From NCBI GenBank assembly GCA_043228905.1, contig JBHGNT010000001.1, positions 28,582,001-28,646,000 on the forward strand: a stretch of DNA of 64,000 nucleotides, given 5' to 3'. Below are positions 22,248 to 36,200 of this stretch, in pieces. The position numbers were made by a program, and so were the translations under genes. The notes under the pieces are model-generated. The model had not been told where the DNA came from, did no database searches, and saw only the letters and a list, made by a program, of their open reading frames with translations. Within the stretch, counting starts at the first letter, position 1. Every line of letters begins with the position of its first letter. The stretch comes from Azolla caroliniana (lineage: Eukaryota > Plantae > Polypodiophyta).

Positions 22248-22862
22248 ATGGAGGTCGAGGTCAAGCTTCGTCTTCCCTCCGCAGAAGCTCATCAGAGAGT
22301 CGCTGACCTCCTCTCCCCCTACCACAAGGTCCACCATCTCCAACACAACTTCTTCTTCGACGGCAGCCGTGGCGAGCTTCGAGATCAGATGGTGGTCTTT
22401 CGCCTTCGCTTCTACGGCGCGGACGACTCTCGCTGCGTCGCTTCCTTGAAAGGCAAAGCTACCATCGTCGATGGCATCAGCACGGCCCCCGAAGAGGAAG
22501 AAGAAGTCAGCGACGTTGCCATGGCGAGAGCTTGTGTTGCAGATCCAAGTAAGCTTTCTTCGTCTGCGTTTCTTGGTTGTAAACTGATACGAAACACGTT
22601 TAACCGTTTCCACGTCCAAGAGTTCGTCTGTCTCGGCGGTTTCCGAAATGTTAGAAACATTTACGAGTGGGAAGGCCTGAAGATTGAACTCGATGAAACG
22701 CAGTTCGACTTTGGTACTCAATATGAGATCGAATGTGAGACTTCTAATCCTGAAAAAGCTCGATCTGTTCTCGAAGCTTTCCTGAGTCACAACAACATCC
22801 CGTTCACTTACTCATCTGCCTCCAAATTTGCTGTCTTCAGATCTGGTTCTCTTCCACCGTGA
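22248..22862 (+). CDS. TTM3: Triphosphate tunnel metalloenzyme 3 (CYTH domain), 204 aa, intronless
   Basis: Starts MEVEVKLRL (ExExK CYTH motif); contains LGGFRNVRNIYEW and ELDETQFDFG.YEIECE; ends SKFAVFRSGSLP as in AtTTM3. Strong GCCATGG start context. Confidence 0.95.
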   Translation: MEVEVKLRLPSAEAHQRVADLLSPYHKVHHLQHNFFFDGSRGELRDQMVVFRLRFYGADDSRCVASLKGKATIVDGISTAPEEEEEVSDVAMARACVADPSKLSSSAFLGCKLIRNTFNRFHVQEFVCLGGFRNVRNIYEWEGLKIELDETQFDFGTQYEIECETSNPEKARSVLEAFLSHNNIPFTYSSASKFAVFRSGSLPP

Positions 22863-23928
22863 ATCCAAGATCTAAAGCATTTCCTCACTGCAATTTCTGC
22901 CAAAATTTTGGAACTTTTAAAGAAATATATATATTTATTAGGGTTCCTCATTGAAAGATTTTTGCCTTATTTGTGCCTGTATTGTTATTGTTTCCATGAC
23001 CTTCATCTAAAGCAAGGGAGCTAAATGTATTCTCCACTGAAAGAGTCATGTATTTAATCCAGAATCGTCTCTACTTTTATGTATCTAGATCATACTACAT
23101 TTGCACAAATTGGTTCTTGGCTGAAGTGGTTCACATATTTGCACTCAAGTTTTCCGTATGTCTGTATCTGTTTTATCTAGGTTCTCCTGTATCAATGCAA
23201 GTTGGTTATTGCCTTAGTGAGTTAGCATGAAGGGCATGTCAGCTGCCGATAATACATCCTTTCATTTTGGTGCATTTCAGAGTTGTTGAACCTGAATTTT
23301 TATTATAGCCATAGAGTAAATGTTTGGAATCCAAAATGTTCTCTTTTGCTTTCTGGCTGTTGGCTTTGTGAAGTACTCCATAGCATCAAAAGTCATAAAA
23401 TTGAGAGATTCATTCCACTTCCTTGCCATCTCTTATATGTTGAGAATGTATTATCCTTACCCGTGTTAAATTTAATTTGGATTTTCATATATCTCTGGAT
23501 ATCCTTTACTTATTTAGCTTTCTTTTGAAAATCTTGAGTAATCTCTGAAGTAAGTTGTAGATCTCCGTGTTTACCCTGTTTTGGTGTGTCATTTATCTTT
23601 TAGTGTTCTTAATCTATTGTCGTATTCTTATGAAATGTTTTAAATGCTATCTGAAAGGAACCCGCTTGTTTTTATCTAATCCTAACGAGTACTACCATGA
23701 CTTAAGTGGTTTTGCATATTGTTGTTGTGCTGGTGTTTAGTACAATTTTTAAAAACCACAGAACCTTTTGTGAAGAACAAGAACCGAATTTATGCCCAAA
23801 GACCTTAATTGTGTACATCCTTTTAAGATACGGGCTAGAAGTTAGAACTATGATATGGCCATAAACTAAACCAAAGAATTAAATATATTGCAGTGAAAAC
23901 TCAATTAAATAATATGAGTATTGTCAAT

Positions 23929-24275
23929 GAATATGGTTTAGGATGTACTTGTTCTTGAAAATTACATATCTTCATCTGACTTAACTACAAGTTCGTCTCT
24001 ATGGAGTAACACATTTTTTATTATTCGAATTTGTATAATATGAGGGGTGCTCATAGAATATGGTTTAGGATGTACTTGTTCTTGAAAATTACATATCTTC
24101 ATCTGACTTAACTACAAATTCGTCTCTATGGAGTAACACACATTTGTTATTATTCGAATTTGTATAATATGAGGGGTGCTCATAGAATATGGTTTAGGAT
24201 GTACTTGTTCTTGAAAATTACATATCTTCATCTGACTTAACTACAAGTTCGTCTCTATGGAGTAACACACATTTG
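23929..24275. repeat. Tandem repeat, 127-129 bp x about 2.7
   Basis: Units start GAATATGGTTTAGGATG at 23929, 24056 and 24185 and are near-identical. Confidence 0.95.
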
Positions 24276-25544
24276 CACACTATTTTCCTTGCGCAAATCA
24301 GGTATGACATTAATACAAGGGATTGGATTTTTTATTTTAATTTTAAAGAAAGCTTTTCGTAAATTAAGAACCTATTGTGCCATACTCTTCTGAGCCTTTA
24401 ACGTAAGAGGTATGTGTGGGTAAAGAAGAGATCTGTGTGAAATTATGGTTTGACAATGGTTTGTAATGCTGATTATCAAGGGTAAAACCATATCTTATAT
24501 TTTGAATCCTTTACTGAAAAATTTCATAGAGGTAACCTACTCAATAAATGCACCATTATATTAAATAGAACTACAGGCTGAAATATTCCATTCAGAATCT
24601 GATATTGAAATAGAATATCAGACACTGACAGACAGCGTACTAGAAATAGAAGAACAAATCACTCTTAAATGCCAGTCTCTGCCCTCTTTTCAAGATTTCT
24701 AGAAATTTGCGGTTGTACTAACTTTCGAGCACTGATGAGGACATTTCTTATATTAATCTATCCAAAAAACTGCCCAACTAAAACAACTTTTTTGTAACAA
24801 TTGTTGATTCCATGGCTCGTGTTCGTCACTCATTCAAACTCGATCAAATCAGGATCCTAGAACAAAAAGCTTGGTAACGATTACGTCATAGATGATTAGA
24901 TGCTGGCGCCCATAAATGAGAATGTAGGTGGGTTGCAGCACCCGACTATTTGTATGCAAATAATTCCTCACTCAGCCTTATCCAATAATACAGACATTGG
25001 ACAGGCATAAACCGCAAACCAACACTTATTAGGGGGACAATCCAGAGGTATCTGGAGACAAATCAATGTTAAATAAGAAATCCTATCTCCCTAACTACGC
25101 TACACTTGGCTTAGATGACTTCAAACATGTTATTTACCATGGCAGTCTTGTCATTATAAAAAACAAGCCAATCACAACAAATAATAAAACACATTGCCAG
25201 TTAGAACTGCAATGAAGAACTTTACACATTTGGAAAGAAAGGAAGAGGTAATGGTTGGATGAGACAAGCTTCTCATTATACAGGTGCACCACAGCATAAA
25301 GAAAAGTCTGGCGGGCTTTCAATGAGATACATGAAAACCAATAGACAGAACACTACAACACTATCATGGGATCCCAACACGATGCTATGTAATAGAATGA
25401 GATGCATGATCGGTCCAACTTGATTTCTCAAAGCACAAGTTTACAGTACTTTTAAAGGTGATACAGTAGCCTATTAAGGTGTCTACCATATCATTGTTTG
25501 ACTTCTGATATGTTTCATGCCGAATGTTGTGGATTAAATACCAT

Positions 25545-25660
25545 GAAACATTCACATTTTATTACACACCAACACATCTAGAGTGATGAAGATTGAAATA
25601 TTCACATTTTATTACATACCAACACATCTAGAGTGATGAAGATTGAAATATTCACATTTT
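25545..25660. repeat. 50-bp tandem duplication
   Basis: ATTACAYACCAACACATCTAGAGTGATGAAGATTGAAATATTCACATTTT occurs twice; single copy in the paralogous region near 47540. Confidence 0.85.
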
Positions 25661-25903
25661 GTATCTTATATCATCGATCCAAGAACATACTTCTGTTTCT
25701 AGTTTTCCAATTCTGCCAAAAATCCAAGTAATCTTACACAGAACACATTGCGCTCTCAACTGATGATTGAATATTCAATTTCTCAATTTTTGATCCAGTT
25801 CACACCATTTGAATAGGCAAAACTAATATCTAGCTACTAATAGAACATAAAATATAAGGAGCATTGGACTTGGTCCAGAGAAAAAGAAACGTGTAGAACC
25901 ATA

Positions 25904-28900
25904 TCACCGGTTGATGGGAGTATGCATGCGGTTTTCTATATGCCGGATCGCATCAACTGACATAATAAGGGTGTCATGTTGAAGAATGCTGTATACATTA
26001 AGCCCCTGCATAAAAAAATTCAATATTGTACGCTCATGTCAACTTTGGTGAGATTCCCTCACTCATATATGAATTATCTCATTTTATATAACAATGGCCT
26101 TATGCCCAAGCGGAATAATTTTAATCATAAAAAAGACACTCTAGAAATTGAAATATGAGATGTAGATAATATGACTTGTGACTTAGATGATCCAACTATT
26201 TCCAACATATAAATAAGACCAACCATGCAAGGTTTACACTATACATACCATTTTACACCGTTCCACAGCATAACTGTTGTGATTCCCATGCATCAAACAC
26301 ATGAGGCCATGTTGAACAACATTTGGGAATTATGGCAATTGCAAAAACAAAGATTTTTTTGTGGAGTTAAACCTACTGCTTTTTAAGCATGCAAATTTTC
26401 ACTCATAGCAGACCTATGTAATCAACCCAGATAAATGTTTCTTGTTTATATACCTTAGCTGGCAGCACATCAGCCTCATAGAGGTTGCTTGTTGATCTGC
26501 ATAAAAGTGTATTTACTTTGTCTGCTCCATCAACGATTAATACTCTTTTGCTTTGATCGAGTCCTTCAATGTACTTTGCCATTTCTTTAGTCTTATGTGA
26601 TGCTGGTGTAACATCATCAAGTACCAAAAGCTGCATATGAATAACAATGTTATACAAGATATAAGATATGTGGCTGATATCAAAACGTCTGCAGTAAAAT
26701 TAGAATGCCTGACCTTGCCTTCAGCAACTCTTGCTGAAAGTGCAATCTTTAATCCAAGCCTTCGGACTTTCTTTGGTAAATTATATGAATAGTCTCGAGG
26801 TTTAGGTCCGTGCATTGTAGCACCATGCCTAAACTGCCAGTATAGGAAAAACAAACAAAAATGAGCATTCATACAAAATGTGCTCATTTACATGTGAAAG
26901 TAGAGTTCACCTGTGGACCACGCAAACTTCCATGTCTAGCATTACCGGTACCTTTCTGTTTGTATGGCTTCTTACCTGTGCCACTGACTTCACTTATTGT
27001 CTTTGTTGAATGGGTACCCTGCAAGGTATCTACTTGTTATTATGATGCCTAAAACATCGCCAGGAGTATCCACTAACTAGTACTCAAAAGTTTGCAGATG
27101 TACAAACAAACTCAAAGACTTATTGACTGAAAGTTAAGCAGATTTCTTTATTAACCATATGTGGCAAAAAATATTGCTTTCAACGAACAGATTAAGAGCT
27201 ATGGGATATTTACTCAGCAAACCTAATTTTTTTGGAAGGATGAACGGAATGGTAATCATGATTATGTTTTTGCTATGTTCAATTCTAATATGTAATAAGA
27301 AAATGAAAATGCTTATGTTGCATGGTGTTGCAAAGAATGTAATGCATCAATCCTTAGAATCAACAAAAAAACCCATAATCCTACTGCTAACAAAAAAAGT
27401 GAAACAGTTTCCTAAAAGGCTAATTAAACAATGACAATATATATTGTAGTGCAATATTAATTTCTGATTCATTAGTCAAAGCTTTGCCTCATAACCTGAC
27501 GGCGCTTTGCTAGCTGCCAAACCACCACTCGATGAACAATATCTTTTCGAATTGGGACATCAAACACATCACCCGCCAGAACTGTTGTACCTTTCTCCTC
27601 ATTATTGAAATTAGTTACTTTGATCTCAATGTCATTGTAACAGCCTGAGCATAAGGTAAATCCATAACTTTAGAAGGTACAAGTGCCAAAACATTTCCTT
27701 TCCACCCTAGTTAGAAGCCATGTCTATTACATCTATGGACAATTTATACAACTTTCGTGGAAATTCTCTACCTTGTTTTTCTCCTTGAGCATGAGTCGCT
27801 CGTAGAAATGTAACACCTCTGTTTTGCATTGAAATCCATGGCTGTATTCATAGAAACATCAAAACTTAGAAGCTCAATCGTATCAAATCTTTTCTATATA
27901 CCATATGATTTTGTTAATGTCAAAGCAATAAAAATGAATTGGCAACTAAACAAGCTATAAACAATTCCACCCTTTCTCCCTCTTTATGGGCGTACATAAA
28001 TTTTTATGTACCCATTTGAGGAACATGGAGTCAAAATGAGTCTTGTGCTTGTTTTCCGTATTATGTTGTTGATCAGGCACACCAATGAGGTTGAGATGTT
28101 AAATTATATTTCTCCATCAGAGTAGCGGCACAACAGAGACATATAAAGCAAAACAGAGAATAAAACAGAGAAATATAAAGCAAACCAACCTCATTATTTA
28201 GCGGCACAACTCCATACTCCACGATACTTATAAAAACTAGAAAGCCAGTGGAGTTTCTGCCATTTAAAGCTTTACAAATACATATTCCAAGCAAGAAAAA
28301 TACCTTAAGGTTACCCCCCGAAGGCTGCACCGGCAATCAGATGCTTAACTCAGAAGAACCAGAAATATAAATAGTTCTCATCCTGTTGGGACATCTTAGA
28401 ATGGGCCCCATGAAGGCATTTTTGGGTATGATATACCATCCCTACCCAAGGATTGATCATTGTTGAACAAGTATGGAAATGATTCCTGAAAATTGCTCTC
28501 AGATTTCTGTAGCATCCAACAGACGACGATCTTTCCAACCAGAAATTGACAAAAAGTATGATTCCTCAATTTCTTCTCTTGATTATCAAGGATATGATCC
28601 GGTCCTAAGTCAACTACTAAAGGACTATACAATTCCACAGTTACCATCCACTATTATTATCTTCATCTAGTAGACACTTTTTAATTTACTAACATGAAAC
28701 ACAGAATGGAGCGACTTCTTGGTGGTAAATCATGATTATAAGAAACCTCTCTTATCATCTTTATGATCATACACATAGCACAATCTCTCAGAGGTAGATT
28801 GGGCAGCTTAATAACAGAAGCAATATACTGAGTGCACACACTTCTTTAAAGGATCTAGAGGCACACTTCTTGTTAGCATGGAAATTCCTAAGTAAGTTCT

Positions 28901-30396
28901 CAACTCTAACACATTACTTGGCGCCAGACAACTCAGAATTATGGAGACCTTTGAAGGATCCATTCTCACCCCCTCAGTGGATATTATGTGGTCTAAGTAT
29001 TCATCAACCTCTTGGCACAAGAAGGTTTTCTTATGATTGAAGTCCAATCTGCAGTGCTTTAAAACTCCAAAAACTATCAACAAATGATTTACGTGTTCAT
29101 TTAGGATTTTGCTAAAGATTAATATAACCATACACATAATTATACATTTAGTGTTTTACAATTGTATGCATGTTGTCCTAAATTATATTCAATGAAAAGA
29201 TCTGATAAGAGCTTACAGCTGTGTTCACACACAACCACGGGGCATGCTTTCATATAGTGGCCCCATGCATAAGAGTTACGATGGATGACCACCCTTCCCC
29301 TTGCCCACACAACATTACAGTCGTCTAATCACACCAACTCCTAGGGACATCTTAAAATGGCCCTCATGACCGTTTTGGTAATGACGTCAAATGTTTACTC
29401 TTCACTCATTTAAAAGGGAATAGTATCAGATCTGTTAAAGCTTTCGAATGCCTAGGCATTGATGTCCCTATCAACCATAACTGGGTTGACCAAGCTAATA
29501 GATCTTCGAATCCAAATGCAATGTCAATAATCTTCACATGTGTCAAATGCAAGAGGAGGAAGTATAACCCCATATCTATGGTAGGAGAATGCGATGGGAG
29601 AGGAGTAGCTTGAGCTAACGTCATCTACAGACACCTCCCTAATAATGAGCTCACGATGTGAGGATCTCACGCAACAATAACCATTCATGAACATCCAACA
29701 ATGCTTTCTACCATCAATTACCTACTGTACCAACCTCACACAACTTATCCGAGGTGGACAAAGGCCTGCAGCTTAGGAACATGTCTCGTCTCTATTTAGA
29801 GACAGAAGGGATCTTAATAAAGTACAAGCAATCATACGTGGCTGCTCTGGAGACTTCTTGAATCAAGTTTGTTGGATCTCCCAGATAATGTTTTTGGGTT
29901 TCTCAGGGCATTGAAATGTCAACATCATCTCTATTCCTCGAAGCAGGGTCACAAAATGTATTTTTTTTACACCACATACATCGAGGATATTAAAAATTTC
30001 CACCATTTCCAGAAATGTCTTTATTTTTGGGTAAATTCACACTTTGAGACATTAACAATCAACACATAAGGAGAGTATGTGTGTGTGTGTCTCTCTCCCT
30101 CCCTCTTTAAGATTTGAGACGGTGTCTGTTGTTAAATAATAGATCATAGAGTTTGTAAAGTTGGCACAATTAAGTTACATTGGAAAATAGCTTTAAACTT
30201 CATTTCATTTCTAATCCTTTCTTCTCCCTAGCTCGCTAAATTTCATTTCAAATCTTTCTCTTACCGGAGGAGAAAGCGACTTGTAACGATCGAAAACCTT
30301 CGGAAGAGCAGCATTTCGAGTAGCAGCAGCAGTAGTAGTAACCGCAGTAGATGAACATGGAACCTTGGCCAGGATTTTGAATAATCCTGCCCTCAT
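25904..30396 (-). CDS. RPL4: Mitochondrial ribosomal protein uL4m, copy A; exons 30396-30265, 27841-27772, 27644-27496, 27018-26911, 26833-26714, 26630-26454, 26005-25904 (285 aa)
   Basis: [29 protein letters not shown]|[36 protein letters not shown]|[12 protein letters not shown]...[17 protein letters not shown]|...|[13 protein letters not shown]...RMHTPINR* matches plant mitochondrial L4. All introns are GT-AG and phase-compatible. Exons 1-2 are less certain. Confidence 0.9.
28808..29137 (-). mobile_element. Ty3/gypsy RT fragment in RPL4 intron 1
   Basis: [14 protein letters not shown]...[19 protein letters not shown]...[13 protein letters not shown] is a degenerate gypsy RT C-terminal/connection region. 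Confidence 0.75.
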
Positions 30397-30779
30397 CTCT
30401 CTCTGACTCTGACCCTGTGAAGGAGGACGAGAAGAAGAAGAAGAAGAAGAAGAAGAAGCAGAGGAGGATGAATAGACCTACAAACGTAGTTAAGACAAAC
30501 AGAGAGGGTTTTATTTCTCAAGGAAAACCTCCAAGTTCTCTTAAATTACATATGTAAGCCTCGCTCAAAAAACCACAACAAAACCCCACATGAAGTGGAC
30601 TTTGTGGAGAATGCAGCACCAGCTTACACACTCAATCAAGCCTTTTGCTTATTTCCCCACATACCCCTATAGGGTAACATGGCCCTCTCCAATATAACCC
30701 TCCACTTCGTTTTCTAGTATTTCTCCAAATGCCTCTGTGCATTCACTTCCCTCCTCAACATGCCCTCTCCAACCAGAAG

Positions 30780-32200
30780 GGAAGACAATCTCATTAGTCA
30801 TTCTAAATTCATTCACTCAACCGACATGAGATGAAAAAATTGTGGTTGTTGTGAGCCCAAGTGTCCACCACCGCAACTTGAAATTATATGCACAAACGAA
30901 CGGATTCTTTCTACAACACAATCTCATTCTTATTGTAAATTCATCCAATAAACCAACATAGGCATTTGTGGCATGAACATGGAACTCTAACCATTCAACT
31001 ACAACCAAACATGAAAATATGCCAATCTCGGGCATACTTTTTGGAATATCTAAGCACGGGTGCAATATATCAAAAACGTATTCGTTACTTGTATGCTCAC
31101 AAAGCAAAGTTCATTTCGAGGAACTATTCCCTAGATCATCTGAGTCTTGTTCACTAAATCAAACAACAAGGTTCTTTCTAGAACAAAAGATAGTCACATT
31201 CATCATTTTAAATTCATTCAATCAAACAACATTATTGAAAATGTACTCGCGACTTGTATGCTCACAAAAAAATGCTTCATTTTGAGGGATGATCCTTGGA
31301 TTAACACAGTTTTGCTCATTAAATTAAAGAACAAGGTCCTTTCAAGACCAAAAGACAGTCTCATCAATCACCTTAAATTCATTCAATCAACCAATATGAG
31401 ATGAAGAGAGGTCGTTGTTTGGATAGTCTCAATCGTCGTTTTAAATTCATTCAATCAATCAACATTATTGGAAAAGGATTTGCTACTTGTATGCTCACAA
31501 AACAAGCTTCATTTCGAGAGACGATTCCATGGATAAACATAGTTTTGTTCATTAAATCAAACAGCAAGGTCCTTTCAAGAACAAAAGACAATCTCATCAA
31601 TCATTTTAAATTCGATCAACCAATATGACACAACCACAATGTCGAATTCTACCCATAGATGAGAATTCCACACATTATTCTTTCCAAGATAATTTCGTTA
31701 ATCCTTTTAAATTCATTGAATTAACCAACATGAGATCACGATGTGTGGTGTTTGGGATTTGAGCCTAGGTTTCCACGACCACAACGTGGAATTCCAACCT
31801 TACATGACAGTTCATTACATTAATCGTTGTCAACTCATTAAACAGACCAACGTGAGACAAAGAGATGTGGTGGTTGGCATTAAAGCATAAGTCTTCATGG
31901 CCACAACATATAATTCTAACCCCTAAACTACAACCACATATGACGCTCTAGGAATCAACAAAAGACAACCTCATGACCCATAGAAAACTTAATTGATCCA
32001 ACCAACCAAAGACGTGTTTGCTAGGATTCAAGCACAAGTTTCCCTAACCGTAACGTGTAATTCTAACCATTAAGAGTACAACCATACATGAAAACATCTT
32101 TAATTTTTATAAAGTCAACTCTTTGATCCTTAAATGAAAGAACAAGATTTCCAAAGGACAATCTCATTAACAATCATAAATTCATTTAATACACAAGCAT
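30780..32200. repeat. Degenerate multi-unit repeat array (shorter paralog at about 42380-43080)
   Basis: Recurrent motifs TAAATTCATTCAATCAACCAAC, CATGAGATGAAG, CTTGTATGCTCACAAA, AACAAGGTCCTTTCAAGA.CAAAAGACA and GTGGTTGTTAGGATTCAAGC. Confidence 0.7.
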
Positions 32201-33282
32201 TAGACTAAGTGGTGTTGTTCCTCAGATTCTACAAAGGGCTCAACCTGGACATTTCTCCAAGATTATGGCTAAGGGTCTAAGTAGCACCATGGTGGCAGAT
32301 AAAATAAATCATATCTCATTTGCATTCAGTTCCAAGATTCCATACTTCAAAGAGGCCATAAAGCTTCTCTTCTCAAATCAACAATTAAAGAATTTTTGAC
32401 ACCTTGCACCTCTATCCACATCGATTGGTCCCAAAAGTATGCTTATTCAGTCTTTTCAAACATCATTAGGGTATCATGGTTTTAAATCCCATTTCCTTTG
32501 AATTTTTTTTGTTGCAAGATGCATATTACAGGTCTCCATGTTGAGCATACTCTCAAGTAATTTCAAAAACATAAGTACTGTCCTGTGTATAAATAGGAGT
32601 AAATTATATCAATAAAAATAGCTAGGCCCCATCAAAGTATCTTTGGGATTCTTTACTTGGCATTACTTCTTATTCCTTTCTGTGGTTTTAGATTATCCCC
32701 AAGAGAATAAATTCGTATATCACTCCATCTCTATGATGCAAATGTCCATGTTGGAATAAAAACTAGCCTGCTATTCTCTGTCATGAAAATATCCATCTTG
32801 AAGCACAAAATTAATGAGTAAACAGAAATATATTTTGTCCAGATATAATCCAGTAATAAAAAAGACGCAACTACATTGACAGCAATGGATTGTAGCAATT
32901 AAAATCTAGAGCTCAAGTAGGATAGATAAGAAAATAGCTGACACTCCATGTCTAGAATGCATTGCTCAAATCCGTTTGGTAAAATGGTTCATATTTATTA
33001 AATCCAAGAGATGAAATGAATGCCAATTAACTTGGTAAGCTTTGCTACAAAGCTTTTGGCCACCTTTTCGAAACAACTATATCCACCAGCAACAGTCAAT
33101 TAAGATTAGAATACTATTCTTCCTAGTTACTAGAATAAATGATATTCAGAACAATCCAGTGCATGGAATGTGCTTGATCTTGGAAAAACCTGACACAGAT
33201 AAGAGTGGCATACTTTTAATCTAAATGTGTGTACGTACAGTTGTGGGCTCTATAAAATCACAAAGTTGTGACAAACTCTATT

Positions 33283-36200
33283 TCATAGCACATATGAGCT
33301 TATTTTCTTGTACTCAGGATCTGGTTTTCCTTCAGCATCAAGTATCAGATGGCGCTCAGCAACTGCACGCCAGTACTTCTCCTCGTATTCTTTTGGAGTC
33401 TTGATCTGCACACAAAAATCATAAAAAAGTTTAATCGTGTACACCTTGGCAGACTAGCACGGCGTTTAAAAAACAGAAATCTTCAATGTTACCATAGAAA
33501 GAAAGAAAGAAAGATATATTAACGTCTTTTAAGAGGCCAAAATGGCCTATAAGACCAAATAAGAGATTACATCCACAATTTATATAGAGAAACAAGATCG
33601 TTTATACAACCACAATTTGTGCATAGTGATGTGTATAAATTTCCACTCGAAAGAAAACAGAATCGCCCCTTTACACATCCATGGAGGAAAAGGAAATAAG
33701 CACAGAAGTCTTTCGTTTCAAAATTATGGGATATCCTTGCTAAAGAAAAGTAATTCAGTTGGCAGGGGTCACTCTTTATATGGATCGATTGTTCACACTG
33801 TTACTGGGGTAAAATCTCTTTCCCTTTCCAACATGGAATGTATAACATTAAAATGGTCATCTTCCAAAGGGGCATGCATTATTTCCAACATGGAATGTAT
33901 AACATTAAAATGGTCATCTTCCAAAGGGGCATGCATTATAGCATGTACGTTCTTGAAGGAACTGGCCACTCATAGGGTACCAATCTGTAACTGGTCCCAA
34001 GAAAGTAACCGCTGGTGACATTTTGCTACCGCCTTCCGTCAAGATTATTGATGATTCACAATACATAGTTACTATCATCCAACCAATATCTCTAAACATT
34101 GAATCGAAGATTGAGAATGAGGAGAAACTGTAAAAATGTGACGTTTTCTTACAGCTAAAAAAGCTCGTGAAAAAGTGATGCAATTTCCTTTGTTGTGTGG
34201 AAGGAATATGAAGTAAGATTGATAAGTGAAAAGAAAATAGAATTGCTACCATGTCTAAAAGAGTCAAGGCCACCTCAGGATTTACCTTAGTATGCTACTT
34301 ACAGATGTTAGAAATAAAAAGAGAAATAAAACACAACCGTTACCAGATCACCTAACTCTTTTCTTCAGAGGCCAACAGACCAAAAGAGACAGGGTATTCT
34401 TCATCTAGATTGGTAGTAAATTGCAGCTTGACCTGACTCCCATGGATCTTCCATTTCTGATCTAGGAACCAGAAGCTAAGGGCACCCCTTATATAGACCC
34501 AATTTATGTGAAGCTCAGGTAATTCAGAACATTTGATGTGAAGTTTAGAGGCCCTACCAAAGCTCAGAAAATGAAATATAAAAGACATTACTTAGAATAT
34601 GTTTCCTAAGTTACCTATAGCAATTGATAAATGTTAGCGCGAACCAATGAAGTAATCAATTCTGTTGCTGATTCATAAAACAAAACTCAGGCTCCGGTGG
34701 AGAAGCATGTGATATGAACATACACATGCACAACCATTCCTTTTGTTTTTATAAACATACCTAGGGTTGGAATATATGGTTGCTTTGCAAACCATTATTA
34801 AAGAGGGGAAACCATCAGTTATCTTATAGTTTATTTGGTTGAAAAACATCCACATTCGCAGAACCATTTCTTTTGTTTTTATAACATGCATAGGAATATG
34901 GTTGCTTTGCACTCGACAGATTCATCAACTCCATTACTTGAGAGGGAAAACCATCCGTTGTCTTATAGTTAAATTGGTTGAAATGTACCACTCATAACGG
35001 CAATAAAAATGTAGGTCTGAGCCCTACTAAACCTATTTACTTGCTATACATAACTCACTAGTAAAACTCAAGTGCACACAGTGATGTATGAATAATATAA
35101 GTGAGGATGCAAGTTTTTCCTTTTCAATGAACTCCGAAAGAACATACCATACGTTCACCTACATGCATAATCAATACCTAAGCAATATGCCCGTAATCAT
35201 TAAAGCTAGCTATTGAGACGCAATAAGATTGCAGAAAACCCAAAACATTTAGCTGTCTGCTCTGGTTTCTAAGAAGGCTTAGAAGGATGCTGAAAAATGC
35301 CACAAATAGCACTGTCGATGGACCATCATCAGTATACAGCTCTGTGGCTGTGAAGTTTTAGAGTGACCACGTGAACTTTTACATCTTATGTATAGCATCA
35401 CCAAGATTCAGGTCATGAATAGTTTAAGTCAAATCCTTACCTTACTTAAAGCCAAAAACATCGCTTTTACGGTATTATGAGGGTTAGAAGATCCAACAAG
35501 CTGCAATAATATAAAACCATCAGAAATGTAGAATCTTTCAGATACATGCACTGGTTAATGTGGGCAACAATATTGTTTTTAACTTACTTTTGACTTCACA
35601 CTTGTTATCCCGGCCAGAATCAGAATCCCTCTAACTATACCAGCTGCTCTGAACTTTCCTAATGTCCATTCTGGCCACAGTCGAACCTGTACAACAGAAT
35701 TTGCCTCACATCTCAAAGTTTTTGAATGTTTCGTAACAATTCATCCACTATTTACCTTAGTCTTTTCATACTTTGCTTCCACATAATGATATATTGTTTT
35801 GTCTTTGAACCTCTCGAAGTAGTATAAGTTGTTTAGTGCCTTGACGCTAGCCTGAAGAAATGTTAATATTAAAACAGAGCTGTGACTAATACCATAAATT
35901 TTATGCAGAAACATATTACCTCTCTGATTGCACGAGTTGCCTTTGGACCTTTTCCTTTGGCCCATCCAGCAAGTCCATCACCATTGCCACAGATCACTAG
36001 AGCAGTGTAGTTTGTTTCCCCTCCACCCTAAACTCACTTTATTTATGTTTACTAGTATTTGATGATATTGTATGTAATACGTGTATCAGGGCATATCTAC
36101 CTTTGTCACTTTGAAGGTTCGGTTCACATCTACCACCATAGTTCTGAATTTCTGTATAAATCGTATAGACACACTTCAGTTACTTCAAGAAATTATGTGA

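Noticed and set aside
22176-22790. 204-aa antisense ORF over TTM3
   Set aside because: Opposite-strand shadow of a GC-richer CDS; its TLTLTL run is just the telomeric repeat; no domain.
23929-24275. CRISPR-like array
   Set aside because: Whole units are repeated with no unique spacers, and the context is eukaryotic. The same applies to 14731-15000 and 30780-32200.
29838-29960. Possible extra RPL4 exon (GT donor, similar sequence in copy B)
   Set aside because: Stops in all three frames over the shared stretch, and exon 1 already joins exon 2 in phase. The similarity is explained by duplication.
34331-34588. Possible extra RPS5 exon
   Set aside because: Exons 35500-35441 and 33405-33283 join to give a continuous S5 C-terminus, and the ORF has no S5 similarity.
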